Shown here in pieces: positions 51,662 through 59,998 of a stretch of 64,000 nt of DNA. The stretch comes from an uncultured Bacteroidales bacterium (GTDB taxonomy: Bacteria; Bacteroidota; Bacteroidia; Bacteroidales; WCHB1-69): contig CAMVBK010000009.1 in NCBI GenBank assembly GCA_947165685.1, positions 2,524 to 66,523 of the forward strand. The letters are read 5' to 3'. Below the pieces are notes generated by a model. That model saw only the letters and a program-made list of their open reading frames with translations. It was not told the origin of the DNA and made no database searches. The position numbers and the translations under genes were made by a program. The stretch's first letter is position 1. Every line of letters begins with the position of its first letter.

Positions 51662-52120
51662 ATGGCAAACATAAATATCTTGTCCCAATTGCAGGACTTA
51701 CTGAAAAACGCCAACTTGAACGATTTGCTCAAGCAGGCAGAGGTTGCCATGGGTAAAGAAAACCAGGCCAACAACAATGCGCAAGCGGAAGATAAAAAGG
51801 GCGGCGGTGTGGTCGGCATCGTCAAGGTGCTGAAGATGCTCAAATCATTCCAGGGCGGAAAAATTCTCGGAAACTTGGGCAAACTGGCCGGTGTCTCTTC
51901 TCTGATGGGAGCCGCCACGAAGTTGCAGGAGTCTCCTGAAAACACTGAAGTTCAAGAGAATAAGCTGAATGAGCTGGATTTGATGGTGGCCATGGTCATC
52001 GAGGACGGCGTGATTTCTCCGGAAGAGGAGGAGATGCTGTCGAAGAAGGCTGAGGAACTCGGGCTGAACGTGCCGGAATTCTTGGCCGAGGTGCGCGAGA
52101 AATGCGCCCTGCAGGCTTAG
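51662..52120 (+). CDS. Hypothetical protein with a TerB-like C-terminal segment
   Basis: 152 aa. The C-terminal DGVISPEEEEMLSKKAEELGL resembles the TerB/DnaJ-like co-chaperone motif. It overlaps the convergent MutS-like gene by 4 nt. Confidence 0.4.
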   Translation: MANINILSQLQDLLKNANLNDLLKQAEVAMGKENQANNNAQAEDKKGGGVVGIVKVLKMLKSFQGGKILGNLGKLAGVSSLMGAATKLQESPENTEVQENKLNELDLMVAMVIEDGVISPEEEEMLSKKAEELGLNVPEFLAEVREKCALQA

Positions 52121-53493
52121 GATTTCCGTTCCGTTTCGCATTCCGCGAGGAACTCCTCGTCAACATGCAACAGACGCGCAATGGTGAACGCCTCTTTGGG
52201 GACGTCATCGTTGCGCGTTTCGATTAGCGTGTAGTCCATATAGTCGGAAATATGGCCGATACTCAGCGAATTAACGCCGTCTGGAATCTGCAAGCCTTTG
52301 ACACGCAGTCGTTTGCAATCGACGTTGAGGCCGCTGTAGTGCGTGGTCACGATGGCGGTGAGCCGAAGCTTGCCGCAAATGCGGACGAACCCGTTCACCA
52401 TGCGTTTGCCCTCGTCGGGGTTGGTGGTGCGGGCCAGCTCATCCACTAAGGCGAACACTCGTTTGCCTTCCCTCGCGGCTTTGATGATGCGGTCGATGGT
52501 GAGCACCTCCACGGCGAAGGAGGAGAGTCCGCTCAGTGCCGACTGCCGGTCGCCGATGCTGGTGATGACTTCATCGACAATCGGTAAGGTGGCCGATTCG
52601 GCGGGCAGGAAGAATCCGAATTGGAACAGATACTGCGCGAGCGCCATCGATTGCAGCAGCACCGATTTGCCGGCCATGTTCGCCCCCGTGATCAGCACGG
52701 TTTCGCGCCCGAACGTGATGCTCACGGGCTGGAACCGACGTCCTTTCTGCGACAGAGAGGCTGCGATTTCCGGGTTGGTGAGGTTTTTGAGGAGGTGGCC
52801 TTCGCCGATTTGGGGCTTGCAGGCGTTCCATTCCTTGGCGAGACGGGCTTTGGCCATCAGCAGGTCGAGTTGTGCGGTGCTGAGCAGGTTCTGCGCCAGC
52901 GCGTCGTGGTGCGGCCGCAGCTGCTCGCTGAGTTTCGCCCGAAGCCGGTCCTCGATTTCCTGAGCCTGGAAACGGTACGTCTCCAGCTCCTGGCTCTCCT
53001 CTGTGGCTTTCATCTTTTCGCGCAGGCAGGCCAGCTCCTCGTCGTAGGCCGAATAGACGTAGAAATGGGGGATGTTCGTGTGCTCGGGGTCGAGGATGCG
53101 CACTGTTTCCGTCATGGAGGCGTAGGGCAGCCAACTTATTTCCAATTTCTTGACATCTTGGGCGATGATGTCGGTCAGGATGGCCGTCTTCTTGATTTCG
53201 AAGAGCTGTATGTCGTCCATCACTGCGCCGTTTTTCAGGGCGAGTAGGGTGGGGGCGATGTTGTTGAGCTGGTGAATTTGCTGGGTGAGATGCGCCAGGG
53301 TGGGGCGGTGACGCTCCTCCCCGCAGATGCGGTCAATGGCGGCCACGCGGTCGAACTCGTCGGCAAGTTCGCTGGCATCGGTGTATAGGGGCTGATCCAG
53401 CAGATGCTGCCTCCCGAGATTGGAGGTGAACTGCATTCTCTCATAGACAAATCGCAGCGACGGCTGCTGCTCAAAGGCGTTTTTGAATCGCAT
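52117..53493 (-). CDS. MutS-related protein (MutS domain V ATPase only; no mismatch-binding domain)
   Basis: 458 aa. Walker A ITGANMAGKSVLLQS. S.GDRQSALSGLSSF is the MutS signature region. Walker B LVDELARTTNP. Confidence 0.75.
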   Translation of the reverse strand: MRFKNAFEQQPSLRFVYERMQFTSNLGRQHLLDQPLYTDASELADEFDRVAAIDRICGEERHRPTLAHLTQQIHQLNNIAPTLLALKNGAVMDDIQLFEIKKTAILTDIIAQDVKKLEISWLPYASMTETVRILDPEHTNIPHFYVYSAYDEELACLREKMKATEESQELETYRFQAQEIEDRLRAKLSEQLRPHHDALAQNLLSTAQLDLLMAKARLAKEWNACKPQIGEGHLLKNLTNPEIAASLSQKGRRFQPVSITFGRETVLITGANMAGKSVLLQSMALAQYLFQFGFFLPAESATLPIVDEVITSIGDRQSALSGLSSFAVEVLTIDRIIKAAREGKRVFALVDELARTTNPDEGKRMVNGFVRICGKLRLTAIVTTHYSGLNVDCKRLRVKGLQIPDGVNSLSIGHISDYMDYTLIETRNDDVPKEAFTIARLLHVDEEFLAECETERKS

Positions 53494-53539
53494 ATCGTGA
53501 CGGTTGTTATTCTGAAATCCGGACTTTGAAAATGGTCGG

Positions 53540-53547
53540 CAAAGATA
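53540..53547 (-). promoter_or_regulatory. -7 promoter box (TAtcTTTG) for the MutS-related gene
   Basis: The plus strand reads CAAAGATA, 47 nt upstream of the ATG at 53493. Confidence 0.45.
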
Positions 53548-53615
53548 GCATTTTTATGGGCAGACGGCATTGCCAAAGATTCCTCGTTCATTCTTCGAGG
53601 TAAGGTTAAAAATCG

Positions 53616-53623
53616 TATTTTTG
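53616..53623 (+). promoter_or_regulatory. -7 promoter box (TAttTTTG) for the EamA transporter gene
   Basis: TATTTTTG lies 23 nt upstream of the ATG at 53646. Confidence 0.5.
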
Positions 53624-53645
53624 CCGCCTGTTTTTTGAAAAGCGT

Positions 53646-54554
53646 ATGGAAGCCAAAGGGAATCGGAAATGGGTCGGGCATCTCGCGGTGCTGGCCGTCT
53701 ATATTATTTTCGGGGTGAACCCGAACTGCTCGAAGGCGGTGGTGCCGGACTACATCACGCCCGAGTGCTACACGGCCTTGCGTCTTGTCTTCGGGGCGGC
53801 GGGCTTTTGGCTGATTTCCCTTTTCACACCGCGCGAGAAGGTGCCCCGTCGCGACATGGCGCTCATTCTTCTCGGGGCCGTCTCCCTCTACGGCACTCTC
53901 TGGGCCTTCGCCGAGGCCATGCGTTTCATCTCGCCCACTTACGTGTCGCTCATCTCCGCCATGTCGCCCTTGGTGGTCATGCTCATGGCCGCCGTCTTCC
54001 TTAAGGAGCCGATCTCCTCGCGGAAGGCCGCCGGGGTCTTCTTCGGCATCGCCGGTGCCCTGATGATGATCGTCTTCTCCCTGCACGGCGACACGCACTA
54101 CAGCAACGTCGGCGCCCTGCTCTGCCTCGTCAACATCCTGTTCTATGCCGCCTACCTGCTCATCACCCGCGCCATCTCCCCGAAATACTCGCCCGTTACG
54201 ATGATGAAGTGGATGTTTCTGTTCAGTGCGCTGCTGAGCATTCCCGCGGCTGTCCCGTCGGTCACTGCATCGCCGATCCTGATGGGCACTGCTCCTGCGA
54301 TGGCCTACGTTAACATGCTGGTTGTCGCGCTCTTCGCCACGGTCATCGCCTACTTCTTGCTGCCCGTCGCCCTGCGCTACCTGCGTCCCACCACCGTCAG
54401 CATGTACAGCAACCTGCAGCCTATCGTCACGGCCGTGCTCGCCATCGCTGTCGGCCAGGATGTCTTCACCTGGAACAAGCCGGTGGCCCTCGTCCTCGTC
54501 ATCATCGGCGTATTCCTCGTCACCACCAGCCGGGCGAAATCAATTGAAAATTGA
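53646..54554 (+). CDS. DMT-superfamily (EamA-like) transporter
   Basis: 302 aa with about 10 TM segments arranged as two EamA repeats. Confidence 0.8.
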   Translation: MEAKGNRKWVGHLAVLAVYIIFGVNPNCSKAVVPDYITPECYTALRLVFGAAGFWLISLFTPREKVPRRDMALILLGAVSLYGTLWAFAEAMRFISPTYVSLISAMSPLVVMLMAAVFLKEPISSRKAAGVFFGIAGALMMIVFSLHGDTHYSNVGALLCLVNILFYAAYLLITRAISPKYSPVTMMKWMFLFSALLSIPAAVPSVTASPILMGTAPAMAYVNMLVVALFATVIAYFLLPVALRYLRPTTVSMYSNLQPIVTAVLAIAVGQDVFTWNKPVALVLVIIGVFLVTTSRAKSIEN

Positions 54555-54604
54555 AAATTGAGAATTGAAAATTGTGAAACCTGAAACTTGAAACCTGAAA
54601 CCAC
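54542..54604. repeat. Heptamer tandem array, 9 units (AATTGAA then AAACYTG)
   Basis: AATTGAA x2, AATTGAG, AATTGAA, AATTGTG, AAACCTG, AAACTTG, AAACCTG, AAACCAC. The EamA gene stop (TGA, 54552-54554) lies inside the array. The array ends 1 nt before the next ATG. Confidence 0.95.
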
Positions 54605-54605
54605 C

Positions 54606-55772
54606 ATGCTCATCGCTTTTATCATCGTTTTGATCCTTTTTCTTCTTCCGGATTTGTACATTTCCCTCGCGTTTCTTCGCGGGGCTGCGCTCGTGTGGCG
54701 TGTCTTGTTTTTCGTCCCCACGCTTGTGGGGCTCTTCTCGGTGGTCGGCTTTCGCTTCTTCGGGATGACAAGCGGCCTCAGTTCGTTGTTTTTGGCGATG
54801 CTCCTCTGCTTCGCGCTTCCCAAGTTCGTGTTCACGCTTATATCGTTGACGGCGAAGCTGTTGGGGCTGTGGAGTGCCACGGCTTTCACGGTGGTGAACA
54901 CCTTTGGCCTCGTGACCGCCTGTGCGGTCTCCCTGATGGCGCTGTATGGGCTCACCCTCGGGTGGAAACGCTTGGAAACCAAGCATGTGGACCTCTACTT
55001 TGAGGATCTTCCGGAAGCCTACGACGGCTACCGCATTGCGCACCTCAGCGACTTGCACGTGGGCACCTATGGGCACAAGACCGCCTTTGTGGAGAAAGTA
55101 GTGCGCAGCGTGAATGAGGAAAATCCTGATTTGGTGGTGTTTACGGGCGATATTGTGAACGTTGACCCGGATGAGTTGACGCCCTTTGCGCCGGTGTTGT
55201 CTCGGCTTGCGGCAAAGGACGGTGTGATTTCCGTGCTTGGCAACCACGACTACTGTCTTTACGGCAACCCTGACCGGTGGTCGCATGTGCGTGAAGGTGC
55301 CATGCAAGTGGTTGACAGGGAACGCTCCATGGGTTGGGATGTGCTGATGAACGAGTCAAGGGTGCTGAAGAGGGGGGAAGCGCGTCTTGCGGTTGCGGGG
55401 GTGGAGAACACGGGCAAGCCGCCGTTCCCGCAGATTGGCGACCTGCGGGCGGCCGTGAACGGGATAACGGACTATGACACTGTTGCATGTGCTGAGGATG
55501 TCTTCACCATACTTCTTTCGCACGATCCGTCGCATTGGCGCATGGAGGTCTTGCCGGAGACGCACATCGCGCTCACCTTGTCGGGGCACACGCACGCGGC
55601 GCAGTTCAAACTGGGCCGCTGGTCGCCCTCCAGTTGGTTGTATCCGGATTGGGGTGGGGCATATCAGTCTGACGGACAGCAGCTTTACATCTCCGAAGGC
55701 CTGGGCGGCACCCTTCCGTTCCGTTTTGGCGCCACTCCGCAGTTAGTGCTTCTCACGTTGCATCGCCGGTGA
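54606..55772 (+). CDS. Membrane-anchored metallophosphoesterase (calcineurin-like)
   Basis: Four N-terminal TM helices, then HLSDLHVG, TGDIVN, GNHD and GHTH motifs. The ATG at 54606 is used because the listed TTG at 54588 lies inside the heptamer array. Confidence 0.8.
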   Translation: MLIAFIIVLILFLLPDLYISLAFLRGAALVWRVLFFVPTLVGLFSVVGFRFFGMTSGLSSLFLAMLLCFALPKFVFTLISLTAKLLGLWSATAFTVVNTFGLVTACAVSLMALYGLTLGWKRLETKHVDLYFEDLPEAYDGYRIAHLSDLHVGTYGHKTAFVEKVVRSVNEENPDLVVFTGDIVNVDPDELTPFAPVLSRLAAKDGVISVLGNHDYCLYGNPDRWSHVREGAMQVVDRERSMGWDVLMNESRVLKRGEARLAVAGVENTGKPPFPQIGDLRAAVNGITDYDTVACAEDVFTILLSHDPSHWRMEVLPETHIALTLSGHTHAAQFKLGRWSPSSWLYPDWGGAYQSDGQQLYISEGLGGTLPFRFGATPQLVLLTLHRR

Positions 55773-55842
55773 AAGGCTTTCCCAAAATCATGTGAACCCG
55801 AAACTTGAAACGCCCCCTCATACATCTTTAACCAAACTTTTG

Positions 55843-55850
55843 TATATTTG
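55843..55850 (+). promoter_or_regulatory. -7 promoter box (TAtaTTTG) for the PPIase gene
   Basis: TATATTTG lies 55 nt upstream of the ATG at 55905. Confidence 0.45.
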
Positions 55851-55904
55851 CCGTTTGGAAATATATTGTGTTTTTGAATCTAAAAATCTGATATAGAAGA
55901 TATT

Positions 55905-57650
55905 ATGAAAAAGATGCTTTCACTGGCGATTTCCTTTGCCACCTTGTTTGGCGGATTTTTGTGTGCCCAGACGAACGACCCGGTTCTGATGACCGTGGGT
56001 GGTGAGAAGGTGACCAAATCCGATTTCATCAAGGCTTACCAGAAAAACAGCTCGTTGAGCGAGGCCACGGAGGCCGATCTGCGCGAATACCTGCGGCTTT
56101 ACACCGACTACCGCATGAAAGTGCAGGAGGCCAAAGCCATGCAGTTGGACACGGCCAAGGCCTTCCAGCGGGAATGGGAGTCCTACAAAGGACAGTATGC
56201 GCAACAGTATCTTATTGATACAGAGGTAAGCGACCAACTTCTGCAGGAAACGGTGGACAGATCCCGCTACCATGTCCGTGCCTCCCATATCCTGGTGCGG
56301 ATTCCGCAGGATGCCTCCTCGAAGGACACGCTTGCCGCCTACCATAAAATCATGAAGATTCGTGACGAGATTGTCGGCGGACTGGACTTCAATGAGGCTG
56401 CCGCCCGCTACTCCGAGGACGAGTCGGCGCGGGATTTCGTGAACCCGCAGACCGGGCGCCGTCAGCCGGGCAACCGCGGCGAGCTGGGCTATTTCTCCGT
56501 CCTTGAAATGGTCTATCCGTTTGAGACTGCCGCCTACAGCACGCCGGTGGGACAGGTCTCCATGCCCGTTCGCAGCCAGTTCGGCTACCATTTGGTGTAT
56601 GTGCAGGACAAGATTCCGGCGATTGCGAAACTCTTTGTGTCTCAGATTTTTGTGAAAGACACAGCGGCCCTTGATGCCAAGGCGGACCATCAAGAGATGC
56701 TGCGGAAGTGCGCGCTTATACGGGAGCAGTACCAGCAGGGCGTGCCGTTCGACACGCTGACCGTCCGCTACTCCGACGACATTGCCACGCGCTCGCATGG
56801 CGGCCGCATGGAGCCGTTCACCCCCAACCGCCGTCCGGGCAATTATGTGAGCGCCGCCCTCAAGCTGAAGAAAGGCCAGATTTCCGACCCGGTACCGTCC
56901 ATGATCGGTTGGCACATCCTGCGCCTCGATTCTGTCGTCTATACCACTGTGAACGAGGAATTTGAGTATATGGTCAAGAATCGGCTCGGCCGCGACTCGC
57001 GCTCCAAAAAAAGCAAGGAGTCGCTGGTGGAGAAACTGAAAAAGGAGTATAACTACCAAGAAAAAGGCAAGGCTGCCGCGATGAAGTTCTTCCGCAAGAA
57101 CATGCCCGACAACTTCTTCCAGGCCAAGCGTGTGGCCGCCGACTCGCTGAAAGGCATCGAGAAGCTGAAGCCGATGTGCTCGTATGCCGACAGAACTCTT
57201 TCCGCACGCGATTTCGGTCGCTATCTGTCTCGCTATCAAGGGGCGCAAATCAGTACGTCAATGGAGGCTTTCTTAGAACAGACGTTCTCTAATTTTGTGA
57301 TGGAGAACATGTTGCGCTATGAAAGCTCTCGCTTGATGGACAAGTATCCGGAATACCGGGATGTGGTGAACGAGGTGTATGACGGGTTGCTGATTTACGA
57401 GGTCAACGCCAAGATGGTCTGGAACGCAGCCATTCAGGACACCGTGGGGGCGGAGCGTTTCTATGAGACGATCAAGTCTCAGTTCGCTACCGGCGACACG
57501 CTGCAGCCCTATAAGCCCTTCGGGGAGGTCCGCGCCCTCGTCATCAGCCAGTATCAAGACAAATTGGAGAAAGACTGGGTGGCCAATCTGCATAAGAAAT
57601 ATCCTGTCAAACTGAACGAGGAGGTTTTCCGTTCCATTTTGAAACGATAG
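55905..57650 (+). CDS. Periplasmic peptidyl-prolyl cis-trans isomerase, parvulin type (SurA/PpiD-like, two PpiC domains)
   Basis: 581 aa with a signal peptide. Parvulin cores ASHILVRIP...GGELGYF...FGYHLVYV and a second degenerate copy (...GWHILRL). Confidence 0.8.
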   Translation: MKKMLSLAISFATLFGGFLCAQTNDPVLMTVGGEKVTKSDFIKAYQKNSSLSEATEADLREYLRLYTDYRMKVQEAKAMQLDTAKAFQREWESYKGQYAQQYLIDTEVSDQLLQETVDRSRYHVRASHILVRIPQDASSKDTLAAYHKIMKIRDEIVGGLDFNEAAARYSEDESARDFVNPQTGRRQPGNRGELGYFSVLEMVYPFETAAYSTPVGQVSMPVRSQFGYHLVYVQDKIPAIAKLFVSQIFVKDTAALDAKADHQEMLRKCALIREQYQQGVPFDTLTVRYSDDIATRSHGGRMEPFTPNRRPGNYVSAALKLKKGQISDPVPSMIGWHILRLDSVVYTTVNEEFEYMVKNRLGRDSRSKKSKESLVEKLKKEYNYQEKGKAAAMKFFRKNMPDNFFQAKRVAADSLKGIEKLKPMCSYADRTLSARDFGRYLSRYQGAQISTSMEAFLEQTFSNFVMENMLRYESSRLMDKYPEYRDVVNEVYDGLLIYEVNAKMVWNAAIQDTVGAERFYETIKSQFATGDTLQPYKPFGEVRALVISQYQDKLEKDWVANLHKKYPVKLNEEVFRSILKR

Positions 57651-57651
57651 C

Positions 57652-58494
57652 GTGAGAAAAACAGCCTTTTTGTTCTGCATTCTGCTGCTGTGCTGCGCCG
57701 CCTGCCGCAAAAAGGGCGACGCGGTCGTGGCGCAGGTCTATCAGTACAAGCTCTACGCCTCCGAAGTGCAGGCCGGCATGCCGCGCGGCCTCTCCCAGGA
57801 GGACAGTCTGGCGCTCGTCCGCGACTTCATCGACAGCTGGGTCAAGGAAAAACTGATCCTGCATGAAGCCGAGAAAAAGCTCTCCCCCCGAGAAAAGAAT
57901 TTCGAGAAGGAGATGTCGGAGTATCGCAATGCGCTGCTAATCAACAGGTATTATGAGAAACTGTGGCAGAAAGATACCGCCCAAGCCGTGGTTTCCGACA
58001 AGGAAATCGACGAGTTCGTCCGCTCGTTGGACGACCGCTACACGGTGGAGAAGGAAATTGTCAGGGTCAACTATGTGAAAATGCCGTCCGCGGACGCGCA
58101 GCTGCCCCAGGTGAAGGCCATCCTCTTCGACGAGAGCCGCCGCAAGGACGAGAAAGAGGCGCTGGTGGCGATGCTCGGCGACACGATTGAGTATCTGCTC
58201 GACGACGATGCATGGCTCTATCTTGACGACCTGCAAAACGAGGTCTCTTTCCAGATTAACGCGGAGGCGGCCATGGAGAAGGGAAACGTGCAGCGCATGG
58301 AGAAGCAGGTCGGCGACCAGACGGTTCTGCTGGTGGTTCTTGACTATCGGTCGCAACGCTCGGTGAACGAGACGAAAGAGGAACGCGCCGCCGCAGGCAT
58401 GCTCCTCCAGAACCAGCGCAAGAGCCAGTTCGTCAACCGCTACATTCAGGAACTATATGACAAGGCCATCAAAGAAGGCAAAATAGTGCAATGA
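57652..58494 (+). CDS. Hypothetical lipoprotein, SurA N-terminal/chaperone-like
   Basis: 280 aa with a GTG start 1 nt after the upstream stop. Lipobox LLCCAAC. Helical, Lys/Glu-rich. Its position between a PPIase gene and dut is common in Bacteroidales (from memory). Confidence 0.45.
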   Translation: MRKTAFLFCILLLCCAACRKKGDAVVAQVYQYKLYASEVQAGMPRGLSQEDSLALVRDFIDSWVKEKLILHEAEKKLSPREKNFEKEMSEYRNALLINRYYEKLWQKDTAQAVVSDKEIDEFVRSLDDRYTVEKEIVRVNYVKMPSADAQLPQVKAILFDESRRKDEKEALVAMLGDTIEYLLDDDAWLYLDDLQNEVSFQINAEAAMEKGNVQRMEKQVGDQTVLLVVLDYRSQRSVNETKEERAAAGMLLQNQRKSQFVNRYIQELYDKAIKEGKIVQ

Positions 58495-58506
58495 TTTAAC
58501 AACCAA

Positions 58507-58947
58507 ATGATACGAATCTACAACAAATCCAAAAATGCCCTGCCGACGTATGCGTCGGAACGGGCTGCCGGCATGGATCTGCGTGCGGACCTTGCGGCCC
58601 CCGTCATGCTCCAGCCGATGGAGCGCAAGCTCATCCCGACGGGACTGTTCATCGAACTGCCGGACGACTGCGAGGCGCAGGTGCGCCCGCGCAGCGGCTT
58701 GGCTCTCAAGCACGGCATCACCGTTCTGAACAGTCCGGGCACCATCGACGCCGATTACCGGGGCGAAGTGTGCGTGATACTCATCAACCTGTCGGACGAG
58801 CCGTTCGAGATCCAGCCCGGTGAACGCATCGCCCAGATGGTCGTCGCCCCGTTTCGGCAGGTGAAACTCCAGCCTGTTGAAACCCTGGAAGAGTTATCGT
58901 CCACGGAGCGCGGTACAGGCGGATTTGGACATAGTGGAAAGAAATAA
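58507..58947 (+). CDS. dut: dUTP diphosphatase
   Basis: 146 aa. [23 protein letters not shown], and the C-terminal [10 protein letters not shown]. Confidence 0.95.
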   Translation: MIRIYNKSKNALPTYASERAAGMDLRADLAAPVMLQPMERKLIPTGLFIELPDDCEAQVRPRSGLALKHGITVLNSPGTIDADYRGEVCVILINLSDEPFEIQPGERIAQMVVAPFRQVKLQPVETLEELSSTERGTGGFGHSGKK

Positions 58948-58957
58948 CTAATTGATT

Positions 58958-59914
58958 ATGAAAAGATTGTCGGTTTTTCTTGCAGTAATACTTTTGGTGG
59001 TTTCCGTAGATGCGCAATCCACCCAAAAGACGCGCCGGATGGCCTCGAACTCGAAGGAGGCGGTGACGGAACGGCAGATTTCCAGCCGCTTCAACCAAGG
59101 ACTGCGGGCCTATTACACGGCGCAATATGACGAGGCGGTGCAGGCCTTTTCCGGCATCCTTTCCGACAACCCTAAGCATGCTCCCTCGTATTACATGCTG
59201 GCGCGTGTGTATGCCGGGCAGCAACGTTATACCGAGGCGGAATCGGCCTGCAGACAGGCGGTCAAGCTTGACAAGAACAACATTTGGTACCAGGTTGCCC
59301 TGGCGCAGTCCCTTATGACCAACGAGAATTTCAAAGAAGCCCTGCCGCTTTGGGAAAAAGTGTGCCGTGAATATCCTAATAACACGGACTACCTCGCCGC
59401 TTTGGTTTTGTGCTACGAGAAGACGGCCCAGCCGGCCAAGGCAGCGGAAACCCGCGCTCAGCTCGCGGCATTGCAGCAGGAGGATTCACAGAAGCCCTCT
59501 GCCGCGCCTTCAGAAGGCTCTTCCGGAAACTCGAAGGCGGCCGGACAGGCGGCGCTGAAGGCTCAGCAGTATGAAAAGGCTGTGGCACATTTGGAGCAAG
59601 CCTTGCGGGAAGACGACACCGACTACGAGGTGTGGGAGGCCTTTTCTGAGGCCGTCTCCAAGTCGGGACAGTGGGCGAGGCTCACCGCCTACGAAGACGA
59701 CCTGACCACGCTTTTCCCGCAGTCGGCGGCACTGCTGACCACCCTCGCCGACGCGTTCTTGCAACAAGGAAACAACGAAAAGTCGGTGGAATACTATCGC
59801 CAGGCGCTTGCCTTCTCCTTTGACGAGACGTTGACCAAGCAGATCCGCCGGGGACTGCATGACGCCTACACGCGCATGGGCGATGCCGATAAGGCTGCGC
59901 GCTATCGCGATTAG
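58958..59914 (+). CDS. Secreted TPR-repeat protein
   Basis: Signal peptide MKRLSVFLAVILLVVSVDAQ; the ATG at 58958 is preferred over the listed TTG at 58952. Several TPR-like repeats follow, for example YYMLARVYAGQQRYTEAESACRQAVKLDKNN. Confidence 0.7.
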   Translation: MKRLSVFLAVILLVVSVDAQSTQKTRRMASNSKEAVTERQISSRFNQGLRAYYTAQYDEAVQAFSGILSDNPKHAPSYYMLARVYAGQQRYTEAESACRQAVKLDKNNIWYQVALAQSLMTNENFKEALPLWEKVCREYPNNTDYLAALVLCYEKTAQPAKAAETRAQLAALQQEDSQKPSAAPSEGSSGNSKAAGQAALKAQQYEKAVAHLEQALREDDTDYEVWEAFSEAVSKSGQWARLTAYEDDLTTLFPQSAALLTTLADAFLQQGNNEKSVEYYRQALAFSFDETLTKQIRRGLHDAYTRMGDADKAARYRD

Positions 59915-59975
59915 TAAGTTTAGTAAGTTTAGGGAGTTTAGTAAGTTTAGGGAGTTTAGAGCCAACAGCCAATAG
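59911..59975. repeat. Nonamer tandem array (TTAGTAAGT/TTAGGGAGT x5), then GCCAACA-type heptamers
   Basis: TTAGTAAGT x2, TTAGGGAGT, TTAGTAAGT, TTAGGGAGT, then TTAGA GCCAACA GCCAATA G. GCCAACA is the reverse complement of TGTTGGC. The TAG stop of the TPR gene (59912-59914) is in unit 1. Confidence 0.95.
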
Positions 59976-59998
59976 TTAGAGAAAGGAAAGTGAAAAAG

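Noticed and set aside
54588-54605. TTG start giving MKPETT before the phosphoesterase
   Set aside because: Those codons are heptamer-array sequence (AAACTTG AAACCTG AAACCAC). The ATG at 54606, directly followed by a TM helix, is the plausible start.
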